This document shows positions 29,808 to 40,098 of a DNA stretch of 64,000 bases, piece after piece. The DNA comes from Candidatus Ozemobacteraceae bacterium (GTDB lineage Bacteria; Muiribacteriota; Ozemobacteria; Ozemobacterales; Ozemobacteraceae), in contig OZ223236.1 in NCBI GenBank assembly GCA_965140445.1, forward strand, positions 4,704,001 to 4,768,000, read 5' to 3'. A program made the translations under genes and the position numbers. The notes beneath the pieces were generated by a model. It was not told the DNA's origin. It was given only the letters and a program-made list of their open reading frames with translations, and searched no databases. How positions within the stretch are numbered: position 1 is the stretch's first letter; every line of letters begins with the position of its first letter.

Positions 29808-31034
29808 ATGAAAAAGTTGGTTTTCTTGCTTTTCATCTTTTGCTTAAGTCCCTTTCTTTTTGCGGATGAAAACATTACTGGGTCCAAAGACTTACAATCT
29901 GCAATTCCAAATGAGAATTTAGCTCTTTATCATGAACTAAGCAGGACTTTGAAATCAGACAAGAATTCTTTTCCAATTCAAAATGATGACCCACTTCCTA
30001 AGTTTGTCCCGGGGTTATTTATGGCAGGAAGCGGATTTGGAGTAGCAAAAAAAGATTCCCAACGCTGGAAAGAGCTTATGGCATGTCTCGACGCATTTAA
30101 AAACATGAAAGTTGATGGTGTGGCAATTATGATTTCTGCGCCTGACATTTATATTGATAAGGAACATTCTTTAATTTCATTCTATCGGGAACTTGCTAAT
30201 GAGATTCGTTCTCGAAAAATGAAAATATATATTGAACACTTTATTAATCCGCCATTTGGTAAAAATGTAATAAAAGGATTTAAAGACACAGTAAAGGGAA
30301 GACAACAGTTTTTGGAAACCATGAAGGATGAACTGTTACAGATCTATTCGGAAATTAAGCCAGATTTTCTCAGCTTGCTTACTGAGCCTGAAACACTGAT
30401 TAGATGGACACATCTAAGCTATACTGAAAATGAGCTGGTTAGCTGGGTGGAAGATGTTGCCCAAAGCCTGAAAAAAACAGGAGCAAGTCCAAATACATTG
30501 TTAGGCGCAGGTGGGGGAACCTGGGAATCAAAAATTTTTTTCCTTGAGCTTGCCAGACAAAAGGGTCTTGACTATATAGATTTTCATCTTTATGCACTCA
30601 ATCTTGACCGCATCAATCAGGTTGAAAAATTAAGCGAGCTTATTGATCAAATTAGAAAAACCAGACCAAAGATTATTTTTACTATTGGTGAAACATGGCT
30701 TTATAAGCATGGAAAAGCCGAGCCAAAAGGGATGTTCTGCAGGGAAGCTTTTTTTCGGGATAATTTCAGTTTTTGGAGCCCTTTGGACCAGCAATTCATT
30801 GAATTAATCTCAGGCATCGCCCAAAAGAAAAAAATAGCGGCTATAGTTCCATATTTCAGCCAATATTTCTTTTCATATTACAGTTTTGGTGATAATGAGT
30901 CAGCTAAGTTGCCTCAATGGCCAATAAGCATCATGTCTTCCTGGAAGAACGCCAATAAGAGTATCCAAGAAAAAACTCTATCCCCCACCGGCATTCGTCT
31001 CAAAAAACTAATTTCAGATCACCAGAATGATTAA
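29808..31034 (+). CDS. secreted glycoside hydrolase-like TIM-barrel protein
   Basis: Signal peptide MKKLVFLL; TEPE, DYIDFHLY, FTIGETW resemble clan GH-A motifs. Confidence 0.5.
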   Translation: MKKLVFLLFIFCLSPFLFADENITGSKDLQSAIPNENLALYHELSRTLKSDKNSFPIQNDDPLPKFVPGLFMAGSGFGVAKKDSQRWKELMACLDAFKNMKVDGVAIMISAPDIYIDKEHSLISFYRELANEIRSRKMKIYIEHFINPPFGKNVIKGFKDTVKGRQQFLETMKDELLQIYSEIKPDFLSLLTEPETLIRWTHLSYTENELVSWVEDVAQSLKKTGASPNTLLGAGGGTWESKIFFLELARQKGLDYIDFHLYALNLDRINQVEKLSELIDQIRKTRPKIIFTIGETWLYKHGKAEPKGMFCREAFFRDNFSFWSPLDQQFIELISGIAQKKKIAAIVPYFSQYFFSYYSFGDNESAKLPQWPISIMSSWKNANKSIQEKTLSPTGIRLKKLISDHQND

Positions 31035-31039
31035 TTTTG

Positions 31040-31810
31040 CTAGATTCGAGTACAGACCCAGACTTCTTCTGCAGGGTATTTTGCTGCCCATTCCTTTGTA
31101 ACTATACCGTCGTCCTCATTTGTAAAAGCTGGTAATTCGTGTAAAGCATCTATTCTAAAGCCCTTACTAGTCAATAACTCAATCCATTTTCCGTGGGTCA
31201 GATGAAACTCTGTTTCGGCTGGCGAATCTGGCCATTTTACTTTGTGTATGCCAAGATATGGGCGAAGAAGTTCATACCCGGGAGGACCACCATCCTCAAG
31301 TTCTGGGCAGGTCAATGTAAAAAAAATGGAATTAGTTAAGAATACAAGCTTACCGCCTTTTTTGATTACTCTTGATGCTTCTGGCAACCAGAGATAAGGG
31401 TCTGACCATAAAGAAGAGCCATATTCTGAAATTATAAAATCAAAACTGGCATCTTCAAAAGGCAAATTTTCTCCGCAACCTTCAAGAAAATTTATCTTGA
31501 GCTTATGCTTATCCGCCATCTCACGAGCAGTTTCTATCTGAACGGGAGTAGGATCAATTCCAGTTACATTTGCCCCTCTTCGAGCCATCCATGAAGACAC
31601 ATAACCTGATCCGCAACCAATTTCAAGTGCATGTAAACCATCCATTTGCACTGGAAGCAAGTTGAGTCCTTTATCTGGTGTTTTCCAAATCCCCCAGCAA
31701 GGCTCCATTTCCCATCTTTGGATGATAGACGCTTTCTGGGATTGAGAATATTCCGTCCAATTGTCCACGTTACCTTGCAGATAATCGGGTTTTGTTTGAT
31801 TATTTTTCAT
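31040..31810 (-). CDS. class I SAM-dependent methyltransferase
   Basis: LEIGCGSGYVSSW, LPFEDASFDFIISEYG. Confidence 0.88.
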   Translation of the reverse strand: MKNNQTKPDYLQGNVDNWTEYSQSQKASIIQRWEMEPCWGIWKTPDKGLNLLPVQMDGLHALEIGCGSGYVSSWMARRGANVTGIDPTPVQIETAREMADKHKLKINFLEGCGENLPFEDASFDFIISEYGSSLWSDPYLWLPEASRVIKKGGKLVFLTNSIFFTLTCPELEDGGPPGYELLRPYLGIHKVKWPDSPAETEFHLTHGKWIELLTSKGFRIDALHELPAFTNEDDGIVTKEWAAKYPAEEVWVCTRI

Positions 31811-31882
31811 TGTTTTGTTCCTTTAAACATCCCTTCAGCAATTTCAGAGCCGCTTGAAACAGAGAAAGTTTTTCAGATTAGC

Positions 31883-32335
31883 TCATTCTTGTTTTTGGTG
31901 TGAAAGATCACTAATAGATGCTTTACCACCGATTGGCATAATTAATTCCAGAACAATCAGATCAGCAGTCTTTTTTGCTGCATCAAATGGAAATGAAAAT
32001 TGCACCTCTTTCAATGAATCGACCGTCATCAATTCTGGTAATTTTGAAAAATAGTATTTCCCATCAACCCTTGTCCACATAATCAGACTGACAGGGCCAT
32101 TTTTTACCGACAATTTGCCATTTACAGCAAATCTTCCTTGATAACTCACGGAGCATTGACAAACTGGAGCATCAAATTGCGCTTTTGATGAAACAGATAT
32201 TGAATTGTCTTTATCGGCAAAAATGGTTGGTAAAAATTTTTCACCTTTTATTGATGATTGTTTGTCGTTTTCTCCAAATACCATCAGACTCGAAACAAAA
32301 ATAATTGCAGCCACTAATGTAATCTTAACTCTCAT
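31883..32335 (-). CDS. secreted hypothetical protein
   Basis: Signal peptide; beta-rich mature region; GAGG RBS. Confidence 0.6.
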   Translation of the reverse strand: MRVKITLVAAIIFVSSLMVFGENDKQSSIKGEKFLPTIFADKDNSISVSSKAQFDAPVCQCSVSYQGRFAVNGKLSVKNGPVSLIMWTRVDGKYYFSKLPELMTVDSLKEVQFSFPFDAAKKTADLIVLELIMPIGGKASISDLSHQKQE

Positions 32336-32389
32336 TTCTATTTTCTCCTCTTTTTGTAAACTCTCAGTTGAGCTCTGTGTTTCCTCTTA

Positions 32390-33328
32390 TCACTGACAAA
32401 CGCTGATTGAGCGAATAAAGTTTCCTTTGATTATTCTACAATGGTCAACAATCTTAAATCCTTCTGAAACAATGTATTTATCCATATCTTCAAAAGTAAT
32501 TATTACGAGTTTGTCTGCAATTCGTCGAGCGGTTTTAATTATTTCACACTGCTTATCCAATGTAATCGGAGTGAATAGTCCGTATGGGATATCTACAATT
32601 GCAACATCAAAGTGCTCGTTAATATTGTGCATATCTCCACTTGTGATGACATTTTTGTATCCAAAAAAGGCCAAATTTTCCTCTGCTTTTTTTGCAATGG
32701 GCGGATTTATTTCATATCCCTTAACATTTATGTGCATTGAAACAGCTTCAATTACAACTGTCCCAACACCACAACATGGATCAATCAGGGTACAATTTAA
32801 CTCATCTCCTACCGCAATATTCACAATAGCTTTTGCTGCTCTTGTTTTTAGAGAGTGACTATTTGTATTTGGCTTCTTATTATGCTCCTGCCAATGATTA
32901 TCGTTTTTTTCAAATTCACCAAAAATCCATTTCCCGTGAATCTTGGTTGCACCTAACATTATTTTAGGGTTAACCACGTCTATAGGCCCATCAATCACGC
33001 TACCAAGCGCATCAACACATCTGATCCATTCCTCATATCCAACTTCGCTATCTGCCAATTTAAAATAGGCAAACTTGAAATCATTGTAGGCAACTTTATT
33101 TACTTTGAGCTGTTCCATAAGCTCTTCCAAGGAATCAGCGCAATACATAACAGATACACGGTGTTTAATATATGGGCTTCTGGAGGGATTTATATTCTTT
33201 GCCGAAAAAAAATACTTTTGACTGACTTCTTTTTGGAACAGATATTTCAGTTCCAATTGGCATAAACCTTTTTCAATAATAGGATAGTTTATTACATAGA
33301 GATAATCATTTAATTCAATTCCTGCCAC
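32390..33328 (-). CDS. TRM11-like RNA methyltransferase
   Basis: INPSRSPYIK, LIDPCCGVGT, IVDIPYG. Confidence 0.85.
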   Translation of the reverse strand: MAGIELNDYLYVINYPIIEKGLCQLELKYLFQKEVSQKYFFSAKNINPSRSPYIKHRVSVMYCADSLEELMEQLKVNKVAYNDFKFAYFKLADSEVGYEEWIRCVDALGSVIDGPIDVVNPKIMLGATKIHGKWIFGEFEKNDNHWQEHNKKPNTNSHSLKTRAAKAIVNIAVGDELNCTLIDPCCGVGTVVIEAVSMHINVKGYEINPPIAKKAEENLAFFGYKNVITSGDMHNINEHFDVAIVDIPYGLFTPITLDKQCEIIKTARRIADKLVIITFEDMDKYIVSEGFKIVDHCRIIKGNFIRSISVCQ

Positions 33329-33596
33329 ATAGACTCCCTATTATTACTTATTTTCCATATTCTATTTTCCATTCAGAATTTTCACAATAGAATAAAAATA
33401 ATTCTTAAAGTAAAAAACTATCAATTTGGATACTTTATTTAAACAACTGATAGCAGACAGAAAAAAATTCCAGTAAACTAAAACGATTTGAGTTTAGATG
33501 TGATTATGCTTAAATAGCTTGAACATAGTCGAAAAAAGAATAAAACCATTTATTCGGTAGTTTTGTTTATTTATTATAAAATAACAGGTAATAACA

Positions 33597-34589
33597 ATGA
33601 GAAGCTCAAGACCAGATCTTTCCAACCATGAAGTCGACTTAGACCTGCTTTCAAGGTTATTCCCGCAAATTTCCCCCTTTGTCAGACTAATCGGTGGGAA
33701 TAAAAAATATGATCGCTCAAATGCTATTTTTGGCATTATCTTTCAAGTAGTTATTTTATTTGCAGCAGCAGCTATCTTAACTACTGCATCGGTATTGCTT
33801 GTAAAGCTTCAGCGCATAATTCCATCACCAGAAGTAAATAAAATCCTGATAGCCCTGATTGCCCTTCCAATTGGACTACCATCCATTCTTATTGCAATAA
33901 ATGGAATGAATCAAATCTTTGATCTCTTCTATCTTATCGTTACGGGCAATAACTTTAATACTCATGGAAACAGCCTTAAACCAGTAAAAACAGTTATGCT
34001 GTGTTTCGGATTCGTTGCTGGCTTTTTTCTTTCGGGCTTGTTGTTATTCCAGACAATGACCTACGTAAATGCTCGCCAAAAGCTGAATCTGCTGAGAGAG
34101 GAACAAAAAGAGTTTTTTCTTCACCTTGATAAAGGGCGCGAAGCCTGGAACAAATACATAACAGCCGGCCCAATGCATCATATAAGCTTTAGTGGATCAG
34201 ACCTGTCTAAAAGATCTTTTAATGGTTTTTTCTTTCATTCAGTAAATTTCAATAACTGTGACCTAACTGATACAACATTTGATGATTGTAACCTTGGATA
34301 CGCGGATTTTAACGAAGCTAATTGTCTCAGAACCAGCTTTAAAAACAGTTATCTTAAAGGAATAGAGTTTAAAAATACTGATTTAGAAAAAGCCGATTTC
34401 ACCGGCGCATTTGGCAAAAAAGCTGACTTTTTCAAAGCAAAAATCTCTAAAGAAACTCTTGCTAACCTCAAAAAACCAGAAAATTCAAGGTGGAGTGAGG
34501 TTAACTGGTCTGACTACCACACCGATGAATGGCTGAAAAGCAAAGGTTTCTACGTTGGTAGAAAAAAATCCAAAAAGTTAAAATACTAG
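33597..34589 (+). CDS. membrane protein with pentapeptide repeats
   Basis: 3 TM; EAWNKY followed by repeats such as SDLSK, CDLTD, ADFNE, ADFTG. Confidence 0.8.
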   Translation: MRSSRPDLSNHEVDLDLLSRLFPQISPFVRLIGGNKKYDRSNAIFGIIFQVVILFAAAAILTTASVLLVKLQRIIPSPEVNKILIALIALPIGLPSILIAINGMNQIFDLFYLIVTGNNFNTHGNSLKPVKTVMLCFGFVAGFFLSGLLLFQTMTYVNARQKLNLLREEQKEFFLHLDKGREAWNKYITAGPMHHISFSGSDLSKRSFNGFFFHSVNFNNCDLTDTTFDDCNLGYADFNEANCLRTSFKNSYLKGIEFKNTDLEKADFTGAFGKKADFFKAKISKETLANLKKPENSRWSEVNWSDYHTDEWLKSKGFYVGRKKSKKLKY

Positions 34590-34662
34590 TAAGTCGGCTA
34601 TTCTTTCCAGAGAGTTTCATAAGATGAATCCAATCTTCTTTAATTGGTTTCACAGAGACAAA

Positions 34663-35415
34663 CTAATGATCGCTTTCAATAGAAATAGTGTCATCGGGAA
34701 TGGTCTTTCTATTCCATTTTCCGATGCTATCGTTAAAGGTTAAAATAGTTTTCATAGGCGACCAAACCTGAACTCCGTCTTTAAGAATGTTCTTAGTGAG
34801 TATTTCTATGCTATCTGTAGCAACCCATTCAGGATCTTCAAAAGCAACAAAACCCATTTTGCGAAAATCCTCGCTACTCCAGGACAGCTCCTCAGTCAAT
34901 GAGCCTTTTTTAAAATTAACAATTGAAAACCAGTTTCCGTTCATCTCGCAAGAAAGAAATGAAAATGCTCTTTGCCCGCTTTTCGAGAAAATTGGCAGCC
35001 CCATAAGTTCAATGGTGTCAGAATCGGTCACGAGAAGAAAGGTGTCCAAGGTGTTTTCTCCCTGGTGAACTACCGCTACATCAAACTGTGAAAAGTAGTA
35101 AACGAAACGAAAGTGCTTACTATTCTCCATTCCCGATTGCCCGACGTCAATGAATGGTATAGAGGCTTTGCCAACTTTAATAGTCAGGGTATTACCTTTC
35201 CTGACCGCAATTTGTTGCCAATGATGAATGCTGTTTGCTTCAAGAAGTTTAAGATTTTTATAACCATCATCACACAAATGCTTCCCTTCCTTGAAAAATA
35301 AAAGGACATCTTCATAGGAATGGTCTGGATCAGCTGCAAAAACATGGACAAATGGATTGTAAAAAAGAATCAGGCAGAAAAAAACAGCAATAGCAGGCCC
35401 AGGTTTCATCTTCAT
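34663..35415 (-). CDS. secreted hypothetical protein
   Basis: Signal peptide; beta-rich, with PIFSKSG. Confidence 0.6.
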   Translation of the reverse strand: MKMKPGPAIAVFFCLILFYNPFVHVFAADPDHSYEDVLLFFKEGKHLCDDGYKNLKLLEANSIHHWQQIAVRKGNTLTIKVGKASIPFIDVGQSGMENSKHFRFVYYFSQFDVAVVHQGENTLDTFLLVTDSDTIELMGLPIFSKSGQRAFSFLSCEMNGNWFSIVNFKKGSLTEELSWSSEDFRKMGFVAFEDPEWVATDSIEILTKNILKDGVQVWSPMKTILTFNDSIGKWNRKTIPDDTISIESDH

Positions 35416-35504
35416 TACCTTTGGTTAGTCTTGATTGCTTTTTATTATAGAAATTTTCCAGCAAAACGTAACCACTCCCCAGCATCCCCTAAAGAGAAAA
35501 AAGT

Positions 35505-35760
35505 TTACCGGCACCGCCCCATCCTTAGAATATCATCAGACCTGTATTCCATGCTGTTGCCATCTTTACTCAACATAAGGCGCAGTTTGGTTCTTGTTTC
35601 TCGCTGCCTGGCATCGGTAGAAAATTCGATTCCCTCAAAAACATTGGAATCCTTGGGATTCACAGAGAAGACTTTATCAAAATTACGCTCTCCAGATTTA
35701 GAACCAAAGGGCAAGCGAGTGTTTAAATTTAACACCGAATCGCCTTTTAAGATTAATGCT
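35505..35760 (-). pseudogene. possible 3' gene remnant
   Basis: Coding-like frame of about 85 codons, preceded by an in-frame TAG and lacking an RBS. Confidence 0.3.
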
Positions 35761-36234
35761 CTCTACGTGCTGTGGTTTGCGGACCTCTTTGACAAAGCCT
35801 TTCAACGATCCTCTATAACTTCAAAAAGATTCAAAAGAATCTCCATCTCACTTCATTTTTTCTTTCTCTGTGTACCGACAGACACAAATCTATTCTTTCT
35901 ACCATAGCAGATCTTTTTAAGTTTGTTACATATTTTACATAAAAAATGCTTAGGAATGACATGAGTCAAAATTAAAGCCTGAACTTTTCCAAGGGTTTCA
36001 AGAATTTCGAAGACTCACAATAAATACATTAAATAAAATGTGCTACGCATCTTATAAACTTAAAAGACCCAAATGAACATTTGATAACGCCAAAACGAAT
36101 GATCCCCTCTTTTCTTCCTTGCTAGTTTATTGGGCCAAGGTTAAAATTATTTGAGAAGCAATCTGGTTTCATGAAAAAGTTTTTTAAATATAGAGAAATT
36201 AGAAAAAATATATTTAAAGCGAGAGATTTATTAA

Positions 36235-37209
36235 ATGGTGAATACAGAGACCTTGAGAGACGATATAAATTCTGAAGAAAATTCGCCTGTACAGGTGTTC
36301 AAGCTGGACAAAAGCTTTTTGCGCCTTTGGAAAGTCTCCTTTTATTTCACTCTGTTTCTAATTTTAGCAGTAGTTGTGGGCGTTTTTTTTTATGGCATCA
36401 ACAGATTTAGCCCTCCTGACCTTATGGCACTAGTCACTTTTATTATAATATTGATTATTTTTGCTGTTCAAGCTGGTTCAGCCCTTGGCAGAGTTGATTC
36501 TTCAGATATTGCCCTTGATGACGAAGGAATCTGGTATAGGCACCTGACAAAAGATGCGGGGTTGATCATGTGGGCTAGAATTGCCAGGATAGACGAGCAG
36601 GTTGCCTTACAATGCCTTAATCTTCTGGATAATAATGGCAAAATTCTTTTGAGGGCCGAATACCAGCTTAAAAACTTTGAAAATTTCAGGAAAATTCTGC
36701 TCGAAAATGTGAGTAGTTACGAAGATAAAACGCTCCCAAACATTTTTGCCAAAAGCTTTTCTCATCACCTACAGTATATTCTTTTCGCTATCGGAATTTT
36801 TACATCGGTCGCGTTTTCTGTACAAAGCAAATCCCCTACTTTTTTAAATATCTGTATTCTATTTATTATGGCTGCCATTCTATATGAGTATTTAACTACG
36901 GTTTACAAGATTGAAATAGAAGAAAGAGGTCTGAATATCTATTTCCCCGGCGAAAAAAAATTCATTGATTTTACTGAAATTTCAGATCTTAAGCTCTCAG
37001 ATCGCTTTTTTAGGGGAACCAGACTTCCCGAAATCCAATTAACAATCTCTAAAAACAAAGAATTAATAAAATTTAAGGATGTTGGTGAGAATACCAATCT
37101 TCTTTTTGTCGTTTTGAAACAAAGCATGGAAAAAAATGGCTTTTCCGACAAAATAAGCTACATAACTGCCAGCGAAAACGAAGAAGACCAGGAAAACTAT
37201 TACCAATAG
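36235..37209 (+). CDS. membrane protein with two (2TM + PH-like) modules
   Basis: IALDDEGIWY..IMWARI and IEIEERGLNI..IDFTEISDL each follow a TM pair. Confidence 0.6.
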   Translation: MVNTETLRDDINSEENSPVQVFKLDKSFLRLWKVSFYFTLFLILAVVVGVFFYGINRFSPPDLMALVTFIIILIIFAVQAGSALGRVDSSDIALDDEGIWYRHLTKDAGLIMWARIARIDEQVALQCLNLLDNNGKILLRAEYQLKNFENFRKILLENVSSYEDKTLPNIFAKSFSHHLQYILFAIGIFTSVAFSVQSKSPTFLNICILFIMAAILYEYLTTVYKIEIEERGLNIYFPGEKKFIDFTEISDLKLSDRFFRGTRLPEIQLTISKNKELIKFKDVGENTNLLFVVLKQSMEKNGFSDKISYITASENEEDQENYYQ

Positions 37210-37235
37210 ATAATCAGAATGATTTTAAGGATTAA

Positions 37236-37958
37236 ATGAAAAACTATTACAACATTCTAGAAGTCATTAGAACCGCAAGTCCAGAGGTTATTGCCGCTGC
37301 ATATAGAGCACTGGCAAAAAAATACCATCCCGATCTTTGTAAGACTCCTGATGCCAACTCGAGGATGCAGGAAATCAATGAAGCATACACGGTCCTGGGA
37401 AACGAAATTCGCCGGGAAAAATATGATCGAAAGTTCGTTTTTTCGGAAAATCAAAAAGAAAATAGCAGCTATTCCGACCACCAGAGAAAAGATTACCAGC
37501 AAGAAGAAAAAGATCAGGAAAAGCCTTCTCAAAAACAACAATGGCGAAGTTACGTAAATCCAGACTTTTCCGGGGAAGACCTCTGCCAACCTGAATCTCT
37601 TTTCCGGGATTTTACCCAAACTCTGATTTTTGAAGCAATCTCAGGTCTTTACAACTGTTCATCAGAAACCACTCAAACATATTTTAAATTCTACTCAGAT
37701 GGCCTTTTTCTGGTTAAAACAAAGCTTTTCGAGCCAGGTAAAGCTGATGTGATTCCCAAAATTAATCGTCTTCAAGGCACTTCTTACGACTCGTCCGGCA
37801 GTTATTTTCACATGAACAACTTGATCGAGTTCACGACCTATTCCGACCAGGGAATAGAATTCTATCAAGGCAAAATTTTTAATGATGAAATTCACCTTTT
37901 GAAAAGGATTTTAAACAAAGGACTGCAGGAGCGGTTGGTTTTAAAGAAAATAAAGTAA
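37236..37958 (+). CDS. J-domain (DnaJ-like) protein
   Basis: KNYYNILEV..AAYRALAKKYHPD..INEAYTVL..RREKYD. Confidence 0.9.
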   Translation: MKNYYNILEVIRTASPEVIAAAYRALAKKYHPDLCKTPDANSRMQEINEAYTVLGNEIRREKYDRKFVFSENQKENSSYSDHQRKDYQQEEKDQEKPSQKQQWRSYVNPDFSGEDLCQPESLFRDFTQTLIFEAISGLYNCSSETTQTYFKFYSDGLFLVKTKLFEPGKADVIPKINRLQGTSYDSSGSYFHMNNLIEFTTYSDQGIEFYQGKIFNDEIHLLKRILNKGLQERLVLKKIK

Positions 37959-37990
37959 ATCTTTAAACTAGATTTGCCAACAATAGAAGA

Positions 37991-38503
37991 TTAATTACCC
38001 AGAACTGCGATTCTGTCACTTTTGTCCCAGATATTATCCATTGAACAAACGTAACCTCTCAGCCAGAGGCTATTATCAAGTTTTCTTATATAGAATCCTT
38101 TTGGAAAATCATCATCTTCCTTTAATGGTTTCGATATAATTGTTATCGAACCCTTTGGAGCCTTGTTTTTTTCTGGTTCATACTCTTCCTTCTGATCCAG
38201 GAAGGCTAATCTTAAATATGGACCGATTTCTAACGGACAGCATGAGAATCCATTTAGCTCGATAGCCTTAAATAGCTCTGGAAAGCTGGCGCCTTTCTCG
38301 AAACCAAGATCACTAATTGACAGAACCACGATTTTGGCTTTTCTTTCGCTTCTGCTTAGAGTAAATAATTCGCTATTGAAAAGCGACTTTGCGTATTCAT
38401 TTAGTTTTATTGAAGCCCCGTCTAATTCTTTTAACAGATCTTCCCTTGAAAGCCCACCGTAAGTTATTTCAAAAACCTGGCCATTATGATTTTTCAGATT
38501 CAT
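37991..38503 (-). CDS. conserved hypothetical protein
   Basis: ATG 38503 overlaps the upstream TGA; LNEYA..LF, DLGF..GA, CPLEIGPYLRL, FPKGFY..LWLRGY. Confidence 0.7.
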   Translation of the reverse strand: MNLKNHNGQVFEITYGGLSREDLLKELDGASIKLNEYAKSLFNSELFTLSRSERKAKIVVLSISDLGFEKGASFPELFKAIELNGFSCCPLEIGPYLRLAFLDQKEEYEPEKNKAPKGSITIISKPLKEDDDFPKGFYIRKLDNSLWLRGYVCSMDNIWDKSDRIAVLGN

Positions 38504-39189
38504 GCTTTTGCTGTCTCTGCTTTCTGGCCAACCACAAATGAAAAAATCAGCACCCAGAAACAAAGAATCAGCGACGCAACCAGCAGCTGCAACTCCGTTG
38601 GCATTGAATAAATAAGAGTTACCCCAGGAATCCAGATGCACCAGCCGGCCGCAATCACGGGCAACACATTGAATAAGGCAAAATTTGTGGTCATAAGTTT
38701 TTTCAAAATCTCTGATTTGAAGCCATTTTCACGAAGAAAAAAAATTGAACTTAGAGAAAAATTTGCTATGGGGCTAAAAATTCCCATATCCACAAAACCC
38801 TTATAAAAAATCGTTCGAAAATTGGTGGCTTCGCCGAACCACAGAGCTTGATAGCTATAAAATATATCGGTGATTATTCCCAGAACACCAAAAATTAGAC
38901 CGGCAAAAATCAAATTGTGAAAGTTTTTAATGACCATTCGTCCCTTCTGAAAAAAAATGATCTTTAAAGTTTCTGGCATAAGTGCTGCAAACAGGACATA
39001 TACTCCAAAAGAAAACGGATACCCCACCGATTTTTTCAGTGCTGAAACTTTGCCAAGACCTTCACTAAATGCAGTATTCGTTGCATAAGCCACAAAGAAT
39101 AGCACCATTAAAATCCATAAAATTATCCCCGGCTTAAAATTAGTCTTAAAGGCTAATTTAATCTGCTGAATGGCTTCCTTGAGCGGCAT
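38500..39189 (-). CDS. Mpv17/PMP22-like membrane protein
   Basis: KGFVDMGIFSP, WCIWIPGV..IYSMPTELQ; ATG 39189 after a GGAG RBS. Confidence 0.65.
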   Translation of the reverse strand: MPLKEAIQQIKLAFKTNFKPGIILWILMVLFFVAYATNTAFSEGLGKVSALKKSVGYPFSFGVYVLFAALMPETLKIIFFQKGRMVIKNFHNLIFAGLIFGVLGIITDIFYSYQALWFGEATNFRTIFYKGFVDMGIFSPIANFSLSSIFFLRENGFKSEILKKLMTTNFALFNVLPVIAAGWCIWIPGVTLIYSMPTELQLLVASLILCFWVLIFSFVVGQKAETAKA

Positions 39190-39294
39190 AAATAAAATAT
39201 CTCCCGAATAGGCAAAGTTAAGTTGGAGCAATCAAATTACCTCAAAATGCCGAAAAATGATAGTAACATAAGAAGATTTTGCTACAATTGCAAT

Positions 39295-40077
39295 ATGAGC
39301 AATATAACCGCTATTTTTCTGGCAATACTGACTCTTCTTGGTTTGATTATGGGAAGAAGAATCTCTGTCGAAAGAAAAGGGGTTCTCAATCTGTCCTCTT
39401 TCCTTTGCTTAAGCTTAATTCTGTTAAACCTATTTTTAAGATTTAATAATTCCTTTGAATACCAATATCTCGATTATGAATTTTATTCGCACATCAGGCA
39501 GTGGTGGGTGTTTCCTTTTGCGATTTATCTGTTTGCGCTAGGCGAACGGGTAGCAAAAAATTCAATAGCTCGCCTTGGAGCACTTTTTTTAATGGCTTTA
39601 TTACTCTTTGTTGTCACAATAAGTATTTATCTAACCTTCTTTAATGATTATCAATATCTGGGCCAACCAGATAAGAATGGTTTTTGCGCCCAAACAACAG
39701 GCATAAGCTGCGGTCCCGCAGCTGCAGCAACGTTTCTTTCCCTGCAAGGATGTATTTCAACAGAGAAGGAAATGGCAGAGCTTTGCAATACCAACCCAAT
39801 TTCAGGGTCAAGCGAGTTCGATATTCTACGCGCAATTCGCTTTAAATTCCCAAACAGGGCAGATAAATTTAAATTAAAAACACTAAATTTTGATCAGTTG
39901 GCTTTATGTAAAATGCCACTTTTGACAGTGGTAAAAATCAATCGTCTAACTGGTCACTGGATTGTTGTTACCGAGGTAAAGGCTGATAAAATAAGATTCT
40001 TTGATCCCTTGAGTAAAGAAAAAGAAATTTCCAGAAGTGAGTTTCTAAAAAACTGGCAATACGCTTCTATATACTGA
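39295..40077 (+). CDS. membrane-anchored C39-like cysteine peptidase
   Basis: 4 TM then QTTGISCGPAA, GHWIVV, FFDP (Q-C-H-D). Confidence 0.85.
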   Translation: MSNITAIFLAILTLLGLIMGRRISVERKGVLNLSSFLCLSLILLNLFLRFNNSFEYQYLDYEFYSHIRQWWVFPFAIYLFALGERVAKNSIARLGALFLMALLLFVVTISIYLTFFNDYQYLGQPDKNGFCAQTTGISCGPAAAATFLSLQGCISTEKEMAELCNTNPISGSSEFDILRAIRFKFPNRADKFKLKTLNFDQLALCKMPLLTVVKINRLTGHWIVVTEVKADKIRFFDPLSKEKEISRSEFLKNWQYASIY

Positions 40078-40098
40078 TTTTTGAGTAGCCCAATTGGT

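Noticed and set aside
35320..35907. 195-aa plus-strand ORF
   Set aside because: It overlaps a real gene head-to-head, has no RBS, has shadow-like composition and is antisense to a coding remnant.
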